Source of the DNA: Phoronis australis | Lineage: Eukaryota > Animalia > Phoronida | Assembly: GCA_002633005.1 (NCBI GenBank) | Contig: NMRA01000046.1 | Coordinates: 746,144 to 810,143 of the forward strand | Reading direction: 5' to 3' | DNA length: 64,000 bases | In this document: positions 12,438 to 23,010 of the stretch, piece by piece | How the letters are laid out: each line of letters starts with the position of its first letter | Numbering within the stretch: position 1 is the first letter of the stretch | The notes under the pieces: model-generated | Database searches by the model: none | What the model saw: the letters and a program-made list of their open reading frames with translations, nothing else | Told to the model about the DNA's origin: nothing | Program-made: the position numbers and the translations under genes

Positions 12438-13836
12438 AACTGGTTTCACTTCATTATAAGTTTCTAGAATTTTGATACCGAAAAACCGAATTTGCCAAGC
12501 TATCCTCATCTCCCGAGAGATGTCGCAAAAATTTAGGAAATGGCGCGTGCGCGTGACTCGAGCATACTGTTTTCAAAACGACGACATACTTTTCATCATG
12601 TTAGAAAAGACGAAGAGTTGCGCAAGAAAATGACGTTTATTGCATTGTTTTTCACTTAAACGGCTGTAATGGGCAATTAAGGTGAGTGTCGGTTGATTCC
12701 CAGATTTTGTATGCACCCCATCCAATCTTTGGCTTTACATGTTGATACAAGTGTCACAGTGAGGTGACAAGCAGAAGTACACTGGCTGTGTGCATTTTCG
12801 GGGTCTACATAAGAAATACACACAGTGGTACCTAGCTGTATTTTGATGACAGTCTTCATACAGCTACCTGGCTGGCTACATTAGGCTACGAAATTTCACA
12901 CAGGTCAGGTAGTTCTGCTCATCACCTCATCGTGAAAGTTATGTCAACATGACAACATGCACAGCTAACTACCGGCGGGGGTGCATGCAACACTGGTAAA
13001 TAATTCAGTTTACTCAAGGAAAAGTGTAGCTAGTAGTTTTTAATGACATAAATATTATGCCAGATTGTGTTTTTGGTCTGTTTTTTACCTACATCGGCGC
13101 AAAGCTTATTTAATATACAGCTTTGCACCAAGGCTAGGTACCACTGTGTGTTCAGCTCCCACAGACCTTGAAATTGCAACACAGCCGGGTAGTTCTGCTC
13201 GTCACCTCGCCGTGAAACTTGTATCAACATGTAGAGCTAAAGAACAAAATGAAACACCAACAGCATGAAACATGAGGAAAGTAACTTGAACCGATAGTGG
13301 ATGAGGGAGGCGGAATCGTGTTCCCGTGATTTTTTTTTAGTCCACCGACAGATTTTCTAAAAGTAGGTTAGTAGGTTTACATCCGTATCCCCAGCTCCTG
13401 AAACTTTCAGGCTGCCTGTGCACATACAATCGGGCTTTGCCCAATTCCCCGACGCAACATTTTGGGTCCCCCTTATGGTATCCTAGATCCGCCACTGTAA
13501 GATGTTCTTTTATTTGCAAAAGACACAGCAACATTACGTTGATGGTGCTGTATTCCTATAAGTTCACTAGGTATGAATAAAACTCAATTGATGTGCTTAT
13601 CCTTGACCGCCTGATTGTACACTGAAAGACTTTCAGCAGCCTACTGCCAGCAGTATAAATAAAAACAAACATCCAGGGAACCACAAAATTGACAAATCAC
13701 AAGACACCACAGAAAGATCAAGGACCAATAATGTTGACGATTACACAGTCAATTTGATGAGTGTGGGGCATACTTCAACGAAAAGCTTCCAATGTATGGA
13801 GAGCCGATGGGATGACTGTCTCTACTAGTGCCAGTT

Positions 13837-13986
13837 CATGGGCGGCGCACCATAGGGGGCTGGGGGGGGGCTATAGCTGCCCCACTTTTTTCAATGCTGC
13901 GCTAGCTGCCCATGGTGTATGGGCGGTGCGCCGCAGGGAGGGCTGAGGGGCTATAGACCCCTACTTTTAGTGCTGCGCCGCCCATG
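13837..13986. mobile_element. 150-bp hAT5-like MITE
   Basis: TIR catgggcggcgca / tgcgccgcccatg; 5-bp TSD cagtt. Confidence 0.85.
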
Positions 13987-14293
13987 CAGTTGAGACAGTG
14001 GTATTGTCAACTACTCGGCTGGTTGTGCACAGGCTACAAAACTTCCTTTTGCTCTATGTATATTCATTCATCCCTGTCAGTTTTAAATGAGCAGTTCTAT
14101 TCCAACCACATCGCAAGAAGTTTTCATCTGGTCAAAAATACATTTTACACTTAGAATGATAATTGTGCTTACTTCAGTGATGATGAATAATTCCGACTCT
14201 GCTTTTTTGTCGCTTTTAACTTTTCACAACACAATATCCATAAAGACGATCAGTTGTAGACAGTGCCACCTTCTTGACTGGGCCCAGTACAAA

Positions 14294-15151
14294 TGGTGAC
14301 CATCCCATAGGCCATCCATGCGTCGGAAACTTTTCGGCAAATTATGTCTTGCACATCAATCATGTTGCTATGAGTACCTTATGCGCATAGAGGGACGGAC
14401 ACCTTAAGAAGCTGTTGATGTCTTTAACTCTTCCTAGCTCGAACAAATACTCCCGCAAGCAAATTTTTTGATAAGTCCTTCGTTCAGTGGCACAAATCTG
14501 GTCATTTTTACAGGGGATTTGATGTCACATTGCCTGGCATGAGTAGTGTAAAAATGGCCAGTTGCTGATTTGGGCAACTGAATGAAGCACTGCGTGAAAT
14601 CAAGTTAAAGACATCAACAGCTTCTTAAGCCTAACTTCAACGGAATTTGGTTATTTTAGATGTACTGGGCTAACCAGGTAGTCCCAGCAAAGCCTTTAAA
14701 TAGGAAAACACGAGTTCAATCATGCAAATGCAAGCCTGTCAAATGATAAGTGAAGCTGCCTTTTCGAGCCATGTTGCGTCACCGCGAGATCCCAGCACAA
14801 ACCACAAAAGGTTGTAGTGAATAGAGGTCTGAATAGAACACCATTGTGTGCAGGTATTATTTGCAGCTGTTTGAATTAAAAGATGTTTCTCACGGTGACG
14901 TAAACAAAAGCAAGCCTATGCGCCTAACAGTTCGTTACATTTGGCAATTATGGCACTAGTAGGCTCAGAGCGATGCTCTTAACATACTGTAGGAACCAAA
15001 TTTACAGGTGTTACCATTGAAAATAGACTTTAAGGTGCTCCTCTATGCATATCAGGTACTTATAGCAACATGTCTTAGATGGTTTAATAAAGGTAAGACA
15101 TAATTTGCTGTAAAGTTTTCGGCATATCCAGGGCCTATGTGATGGCCAGCA
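14294..15151. mobile_element. Palindromic (foldback) MITE interrupted by a TTAA-targeting element
   Basis: Arms ccttaagaagctgttgatgtctttaac / gttaaagacatcaacagcttcttaa[insert]gg; outer arms are also inverted; related to 62020-62370 and 63380-63790. Confidence 0.75.
14629..15029 (+). mobile_element. Kolobok-like MITE, copy 1
   Basis: TTAA on both sides (14625-14628, 15030-15033); imperfect TIR (a)gcctaacttcaa / ttgaaaatagact; collinear with 16085-16490. Confidence 0.75.
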
Positions 15152-15277
15152 ATGTACACAATCAACATGAACTTGGATATGATTGAACTGACTTGGAACT
15201 TGAAATGTTTAGCAATTTACATCTGAGATCATTTTTATTGCCATGGTTGTATCATTTGTTTTGTTTCAGATTGCAAT

Positions 15278-15900
15278 ATGTCTGGCGGTGAGATGTGTGG
15301 AAGTATTCCTGTGGACTTGCAGAAAGAGTTTTTTGATGTCTATATCCTGTATGCAAGGGAAGATCATGCTAAAATTAGTTCATTTCGCAATGCCCTTCAT
15401 CAAATCAATTTAAGTCCGGGCAATAATGTATCAACATGTACAGTGGATGATATTGACTGGATAATTGGACTTCCAGCAGCTTTTGAAGAGGCTGTAGATC
15501 ATTCAACCTTCATTTTTATGATGCTATCAAAAAATTTTGAAGCAGATCGTTGGGCGAAGCTACAAGCTAGCGAGAGTGTTATGAGAATATTGTCAGACAA
15601 AAAAGATTGCCTTGTACCTGTCCCGATTGAGCAAGATGCCTTCTGGCCACCTTGTACAAAGAGTTTAAAGGCTTTGGAATTGTTCAATGGTATAGAAACA
15701 TACAGGCCAATCCTACATAAGATGCTCAGACGTAGAGAGGCCTGTAAACTTGATAAGATCAAGAAACAAAAAGAAAAGCAAAAGGCATACATTCAGAGCT
15801 TGCAGGAGCCAAATCAATGTGAAGCTAGGCTGAATTCACATGCAAGCAACGGACAACGGAATACAACAAACAATGACAACGAAGCATTTGGAGATTTACT
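15278..15900 (+). CDS. TIR-domain adaptor, TICAM (TRIF/TRAM)-like; coding exon 1 (TIR plus coiled coil)
   Basis: Acceptor ttgtttcag ends at 15269, ATG at 15278, donor gtaagt at 15901. TIR motifs FFDVYILYAREDH, EEAVDHSTFIFMMLSKNF, DRWAKLQ and DCLVPV, followed by a K/Q/E-rich helix. Confidence 0.88.
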
Positions 15901-16084
15901 GTAAGTGATGACATACTGTCATTGTGTATCTTAAAAGTAGCTTTCCTTATTGGTAAGCAACAGTTCAACTCACCCGGACTTTTTAATGACTGAACTATAG
16001 GAATTCTAAGTTACTAGAATGTTTCAAGTTGAGCTACTTTAATATACATTGCACATGACTCAGTTTTAAATGTAGCCACTTTGA

Positions 16085-16490
16085 AGCCTAACTTCAATGG
16101 AATTTTGTTACTTTAGATGTATTAGGCTAACTAGATAGTTCTAAAAAAGCCTTAGTAAAATAAGAAAACGTGAGTTCAATCACTTAAGTGTAAGCCTGTC
16201 ACATGATAAGTGAAGCTGCCTTTTCGAGCCGTGTTGCGTCACCGCGAGATCCCAGCACAAGCAACAAAAGGTTGTATTGAATAGGGGTCTGAATAGAACA
16301 CCATTGCGTGCGGGTGTTTTTCGCAGCTGTTTGAATTAAAAGGTGATTCTCGTGGTGACGTAGACAAAAGCCAGTCAATGCATCTAACAGTTCGTTACAT
16401 CTGGCAATTTATGGTACTAATAGGCTCAGAGCGATGCTCTTAACATACTGTAGGAACGAAATTTACACGTGTTACGGTTGAAGATAGGCT
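16085..16490 (+). mobile_element. Kolobok-like MITE, copy 2
   Basis: ttga|agcctaacttcaa ... ttgaagataggct|ttaa; collinear direct copy of 14629-15029. Confidence 0.78.
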
Positions 16491-17028
16491 TTAAATCACT
16501 GTGTCTTGGATGAATATTAGCTTTATTTCATTTTCTTCACCAGAAGTAAATAAAAGGGATTGGTAAATGTTTGATATTTTTCAGGCCCATAGCTAGCATT
16601 GCGCAGGGGGAGGTTCAAATTTCTTGAAGGGTCAACCTTTGATATTTTGTAAATGTCGACACTGGAGTTTTCATTAAGGCCCCCAGTTGATGCAGCTTAA
16701 TCAGGGGAAGGGAAATTTGTATACACTATGAAGACTCTCAGCTCTAGGCTTTTAAGATGAGACGGAATTTGTAATACCAGAGATGAGGATTCCGTGACAG
16801 TTGCTTGCAAAGAATGGGACTCAATACGGGTGTAATGTGGTCCAAAACGTTCTCGCGTTACTTTCTGCCAAATTTTCAAATCAGGCATGCTTAAATGAGT
16901 GATTGCATGTACTCGGGACAGAAATATTCAGTAGGAGAACAACTTGATGAAATTTTTTATCTAGTTATATTTTTGCGTGTTACTTTAGTTGCTTACGTTG
17001 TTGGAAATGGGAACAGCCTACTACTCAC

Positions 17029-18075
17029 CGTTCGATCGGTTTGTCATTCCGAAGGATCACTACTTCGCAGGTTCACTACTATACAAAAATATCTAACTTT
17101 TTCAACTGATATGTAATTTTTACACTTTTACTTGGAAAAATGAATGATACTTTGGTTATTAGACACACTCAAAGGTGTACCTATACTGAAAAAAACTCCT
17201 GGGTACTAAAATACTTTGTTTGGATTTCATCCACTTGCAAAATTGCGCGCATGTCTTACGAACACAGAAAAATGAAAACGTTATTGCATTTTAAAAAATA
17301 TGGAGTGGGAATATTGATGAATTATGAACCACGATACATTCATCAAATCCATGTCAAGGTCGCATCATTTCACAGCACGACTGAAAAGTTTAGGGCTGCT
17401 GCACCTGAATCTCACTCACCAGAACCACGCACACGGCCGGGTCGAAATTAAATTTAGTTGGCAGGCTATTCTGGCCCTGCCAGTCTTCACTAAGTCGGAG
17501 AGCCCTTTCAGTCTTCTTAAATTTAAAACTGTTGGTCGCCGCAGCCCTGACCCGTGCCCAGATGTTGTGCATGCTTGAGAATGAGTCGTTAGTTAGATTC
17601 AAGAATCACTATTGACAGTGATTGGAACTGAGCTCATTTGTAAACAATGTAATCAATAAATTAAGAATTATTCAACTTTTGCACACCCTTTAAATGGTTA
17701 TTAAATGGACACAAGTACAATACTTTATTAATGTCTGTTATGACTCATTACCAGGCAAACAGTAATGAACTGTGTGGCTCAGTGGTTTAAGGTCAGGACT
17801 CCTGTTTGGGAGACCTGGGTTTGAATCCTGTAGCTTCACTGGCTGACAATCGAGCATTGGACAAAGGTGTCTCCTATTTCTCTGAGCTCGGTCTTACTAG
17901 TTAATGTGTGCAAGGGTGTGAATTAGAGCCTGGATATAATGCAAAAGCGACTCCAGGGGCTGTGCTTACATTTAAGAAAAAAAAACAGCTGTCAGAGTTC
18001 TGGTTTTGGAATTGTGGACATTCGAATGTGGTGAACCTTCGGAGTAGTGAACCTTCGGAATAGTGCCGTCTAACG
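17029..18075. mobile_element. MITE-like element with inverted subterminal ttccgaaggttcact repeats
   Basis: cattccgaaggatcactacttcgcaggttcactac at ~17045 is the inverse of gtggtgaaccttcggagtagtgaaccttcggaatag at ~18028. Confidence 0.6.
17772..17980 (+). mobile_element. tRNA-derived SINE (degenerate)
   Basis: A box tggctcagtgg and B box ggtttgaatcc at tRNA-like spacing; no intact cloverleaf; A-rich tail near 17975. Confidence 0.6.
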
Positions 18076-19618
18076 TTGGAAATCTTTTCCATCAAGTTAG
18101 TTACTCATATGAAATCTATGAGGCTGTGCACCATTGACACTATTGACAAGAGAGGTCTATCTTCATTGACCAATGTTTTTATTGGGTCTAGACCTACTTT
18201 TCCCCAAGAATGCTCGTCGGTGCTTTCTCAGTGCAAGAAAACACGGTTACAGTTAAATTCTGGTTTTTGAGCAACGATGGAGGGCTGCCTGTTGTTAACT
18301 TACCGTTGGCTTTTATTGAATTTAAAAGAACGGAAACGCACACACGTGCACACGCATGCATGCTAATCCACCAATCCACAGCTGAAGTGGACACTGGATG
18401 AAAACCATACCTGTATTTGGCGAACAATTTCAATTCCAAATTTGAAAATGCCTGCCCTTTACAGTACTATGCTAGCAAACAATCAGACAACAAATCTATT
18501 TTCTGCTGTTGTGGTACTTGGTCGATTTTAAGGCATTTAAACCTCACTACTTATTGGGAGCTCTCTTGCTGCTATTTAGCTTAGCTAGGTACGGACATTT
18601 ACTTCTAGACTCCCTTGTTACCCTACATGGTAACCACCGCGTGTGTTCAACGCCGATGAGTAACATAAACCTTCCTCTAATCGTCTGCACGATTCTGTCA
18701 TCTACACAAATACCACTCGGGTGAAGTTGGCTAGGGTACAGCCCAATGATTACGCAAAGCGCTTTGAGTCAGAAGCAAATTAAAAATTATTACTGTAACT
18801 CAGTTATCATTGTAGTTAGTAGTACCAGTTGCTGTGACAATTTTGCTTTTGTCCATCTGTATCCTATCTTTAACGGATAGGCTGGGGCTGGACCTTTTCT
18901 GCGGAGGGGGGTTCGATCAAACCCCTTGAACCCCCCCCCCCCGGCTATGAGTCTGTTTTTGCACATTTTCAGTGCCTATTTTACGCACATTCCATTGCAT
19001 ATGCGCCGTTCTTGAAGTGACGCTATTGGCCAAGGTTGTTTCCTGCCTTTTTTGTTTTGATGTTTTGAGTTAAAAGGAAATGTCTGGACATACAACATGA
19101 TAGTAATGATTATGACCAAAGCCTTTGTTATCTAATAGAATCTTTTCACATTCGTAATGCATGTAACCAAAAGCTCAAAAAGTCAGTTTGAGCTCACGAG
19201 ATGTAGCGTGAATGCAGTTGAAGTGGCATTGTTTGCATGGCTGACATTAATTTTGTGACTAGTGTGTTGTCCATGAGTGGAGTGCGGATGGTGTGATGTC
19301 CCTTAAAAGCACTTTAGCTTTTCTATGGATATGTCTTTATATCTATCATGCTCATTGATCAATAGTTCTTCGTGAAATTTGGATTAAACATTTCTGTGAA
19401 GGAGGCAACAGCACTTGCTCAGTGTCGGAATAAAAAAATACATTTTTAATTGTCAAGTTATGCGAACGAATGTATGGTAATAAAATACCCGATGTTAGGA
19501 TTAACACTTTTAATACTTCTAAATGGAGAAAGTAAAAATTCATGGTGCCATCAATTAGCTGAATATACAACCAAGCGATCTTTAGCAATTAATTTTGAAA
19601 TTCTTTTTCCTTTAAAAG

Positions 19619-20246
19619 ACTTACTGATGACGAAAAGCAAGCTCAAGGAAATCAACTGGAAAACCTTGATGATGATCAAGATCAGGGAAACCTTGATGAT
19701 GATCAAGATCAGACCTGTGTTAAAGAGTTGTATGTCAACGAGCCTGTTCAACAGCAGATGTCGACTGAGCCTCAGCCGGACAGTTTAGACGCGTACCGAG
19801 GAGTGCCAGAGACTGATGGCAACGATCAGTTTGAGGAAACGTGCCCTTCTTTGAGCAGTATAATTGTTAAAGAAGAGACGCAGTATGACTCTCTTTACCA
19901 ACAAGACGGAGATAGTAAATTATTTGAGAAGGATGTGAATGCTGTTCAGCCAGTTGACTGTACTCAGCTGTATGACAATTCCAAGTCACGTAGGAACATT
20001 TGCTATACTTCTACTCAAGCCTCAAAGTCTGTGAGTGATAATTTTGGAAAACCAAAATTGCGCCATTCACAGTCTGTACCGGTTTTGCCTACAAATCCTC
20101 AGTTCAGAAAGTTTCGTTCCGTTTCCATGTCTAAACAGTTGTCTAACACTGGTCTTAACTCTCTATTGCTGCCAGTTAGTAATCCTGGTGTAGTGTCTAA
20201 AACATCTCCTAAGGGCTCTCAATGCTTCAAATTTAGGGGTGAATAA
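19619..20246 (+). CDS. TIR adaptor coding exon 2 (acidic, then Ser/Lys-rich low-complexity tail)
   Basis: Acceptor ttctttttcctttaaaag; the phase-2 junction CT|A puts exon 1 in frame with ORF 19728-20246 (LTDDEKQAQGNQLENLDDDQDQ...FRGE*). Confidence 0.75.
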
Positions 20247-22556
20247 AGGCCTCTTTCTCGTCTGAAAAGTCTTTAAACATCGTGCAAACTTCTCCGTAAC
20301 AGTTCCCAAAATTCCTGTCATCGTGCCCAAAAACTGTTATCTCTCATGATAGAATTCCATTTGCAAAAATCACTTTTAACTCACATGGACCCTTTGCTTT
20401 GTTTTATAGCTGGGAACATCCTTACTTTACAATCTTCCTTTATCAATGTTTAAAATCTTGAAGTCATCCTTAAGAACTGCCTTATTTGGCACATGATGTT
20501 TTATAAGAAATGCTGATTGTGAGCAATGAAGATAAGATTTATACAATATGTGAATATCAAATTTTTGGATAAAAATCTGCAGTTAGACAACTACCTCAAT
20601 TGATGATTTTTGAGGAAGGTCAAGAATGACTTCACCTGGGACTAGGAATGAGACTAGAGCTGACGTCACTAGGCAAATGTGCACGATTGACCACAGCTAT
20701 GACTACATAAATTGCTAAACAAGGGAACCTTTTTTATAAAAATGGTAAAACAAGATTCAGTTACAAATGAGTCGTAGTTAAATGTTGATTTCCAAGAAAT
20801 TATTTGCATTTCTTTACAATGAACCTGAGAATGTCTTGAGGGTTCATTAACACGCATTAGTAATCTGGTTTGATTAAAATTCACATCAAAGGCCAGTGGT
20901 TTGATGTTCAATTTGGTTCGAGGTGAAGTTGTCCTGAGATGTTTTGTGATGGCGTGATATTTGTTTTCTACTTTCATGAGTAGCTAGAAGTCTGTTTGCA
21001 TTTGGAGTGGTAATGTTTTATATATAATTAATGAATACACTACAGTGTCATCTGGTAGATATCCATCCTATCTTGTATAACCATGGGACCCTCTTGATTT
21101 TTGGAATTTGCTCACAAATTGCTGTGCCTTACTGGAAAGGCCTGAACAAGAACTCGTTGTTGCAAAATTTGATAAATGAGCTTATAACTGTTTTTTGTTC
21201 TAGGGGGTGTTAAAACCTGCTATAAACAGTGTTCTGGTGTAAAAAAAAACACTTTCTCAGTAGTGTCATATTTGCTCTTTCAAAGCAATATCATACCATT
21301 CTTTGATGGTCGTAACTTTGGTAGATGAAGTTGTCTCACTGTAGCAATAAACTTTTAAGTGAGCAATAATCAATTGTAAGTGCTTCTCGGGTTTATTTCA
21401 AGTCATGAGTAACAACAGCAGACTTGTGACCTAAAACACAAGTTTGTTGTTTACAGAAGACATTGGTTGAGTGCTCCGTTAATAGTGTCTGAATAATTGT
21501 TCTGGTGTGTAATTTGCTTGAATTATTTTTTCTCAGTGTGAAGAAAAGTTTGCCTTCATGTTGGTAAACTTAACACAGTGTGATGTTTTTAGTAATTTTG
21601 TTTACTGGGTAGTGATTGTTTTTTTGATATTTTTAGTGTTACGTCCATCTAATGGACGCTAATTTATTGAATAATGTATTCAAAATCTGTCGTAGACTTG
21701 TTTTACTGCAATTTTATTGTTAAGTATTGCTTTTAAACAAAATTGCCAACAGTGTATGTCAGAACTTGCTTAAATGCTTTGTCATAAAAACCTTGTTTTG
21801 TGCTGTATTTGGATGTGAATACTTCATTCTTGTTGGTTCTGGATTTCAGTCCACTTGCAAGTTGTGTCTTTCCTGTAAAATGTTCTTGAGTGACCACGAC
21901 TGTATTAGTATGGTACGATATCTCACAAATTTTAAACAAAACTAACTTCCAAAAATTGATATTTTTTCATTTTTCAAAGGCTTCTTATGGCATATTTTGT
22001 CCTAAATTGGTATTATTCTACCGTATATCAAATTAACAGCAGAATGAATGAAGTACTGGTATGTAGTATTTTGTGTTACTGTACTTCCCACTTTTGTTAC
22101 TCCTATCTGGCAATGAATGCTGCAACTGTGATTGCTTCTATGTTGACTACTACCTGGATATCTGGGGTATCTAAAATGAGTGAATGCTGAGGACGGAAAG
22201 TGTGACGTCACCCCAGTAGGCCAGGAGACTCCGCCATCTTGGTTCTAGCTCTGGCCATTTTCTCCGTAAGTCTAAAGTTGTAACTGGAAAATCACCAGTT
22301 AATCTTGGTTAAAAAATGCATTTAGGTATAGTTGATACTTCCACACAACTTTCAGACTTCAATGTTTCTTTTGTTGAATCTGCACAAATATATGTAGTGC
22401 CAGGGAATAGGCCATTGCCATATTGTTGGTCTCCAATTTGAAGAAGTTGGCAGGGGTGCGACGTTCTCACTTTCCATCCCCATCAACCTGTGTTTGCTCA
22501 TTTTGATGTTCCTATTGTACCGCAAATGGGCTCTGAAGAGGCATTTGTGTGTGTGT

Positions 22557-22892
22557 GTGTGGCTGCAGACTGCATTAGATAACGAGTAGCTACAATTATA
22601 ATACTGTGCTGGTGTGTGGCTGCAGACCGCATTAGATAATGAGTAGCTACAATTATAATACTGTGCTGGTGTGTGGCTGCAGACCGCATTAGATAATGAG
22701 TAGCTACAATTATAATACTGTGCTGGTGTGTGGCTGCAGACTGCATTAGATAATGAGTAGCTACAATTATAATACTGTGCTGGTGTGTGGCTGCAGACCG
22801 CATTAGATAACAAGTAGCTAAAATTATAATACTGTGCTGGTGTGTGGCTGCAGACTGCATTAGATGAGTAGCTACAATTATAATACTGTGCT
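22557..22892. repeat. 57-bp minisatellite, ~6 copies, preceded by (GT)n
   Basis: Unit gtgtggctgcagacYgcattagataatgagtagctacaattataatactgtgctggt. Confidence 0.96.
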
Positions 22893-22977
22893 GCTATTAC
22901 TACCCACAATCCTCTGAAACTTGCAGCTTGTCTTTGCACATACCTGTCAGGTCTGATACACTTCACAATATGGTGAT

Positions 22978-23010
22978 AATAAAACTAGTTATTGTGCAAA
23001 ATGTTTTATT
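22978..23010. terminator. Candidate convergent polyadenylation signals
   Basis: AATAAA on + at 22978-22983 and AATAAA on - at 23005-23010; T/A strand skew appears to flip here. Confidence 0.4.

Larger units (their letters stand above)
10571..13136. mobile_element. Non-autonomous element with long imperfect TIRs, hosting two nested insertions
   Basis: tagccttggtacgaagctgtata ... tatacagctttgcaccaaggcta; ~150 bp of each end are inverted-similar; an uninterrupted homolog lies at ~62500-63107. Confidence 0.75.

Noticed and set aside
13654-13661. TATAAATA as the TIR gene promoter
   Set aside because: Common in AT-rich DNA; no convincing first-exon donor could be tied to it
17772-17840. tRNA gene
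   Set aside because: A and B boxes are present but acceptor and anticodon stems do not pair; treated as a SINE head
22352-22966. 204-aa repetitive ORF
   Set aside because: Translation of the 57-bp minisatellite; no splice or homology support
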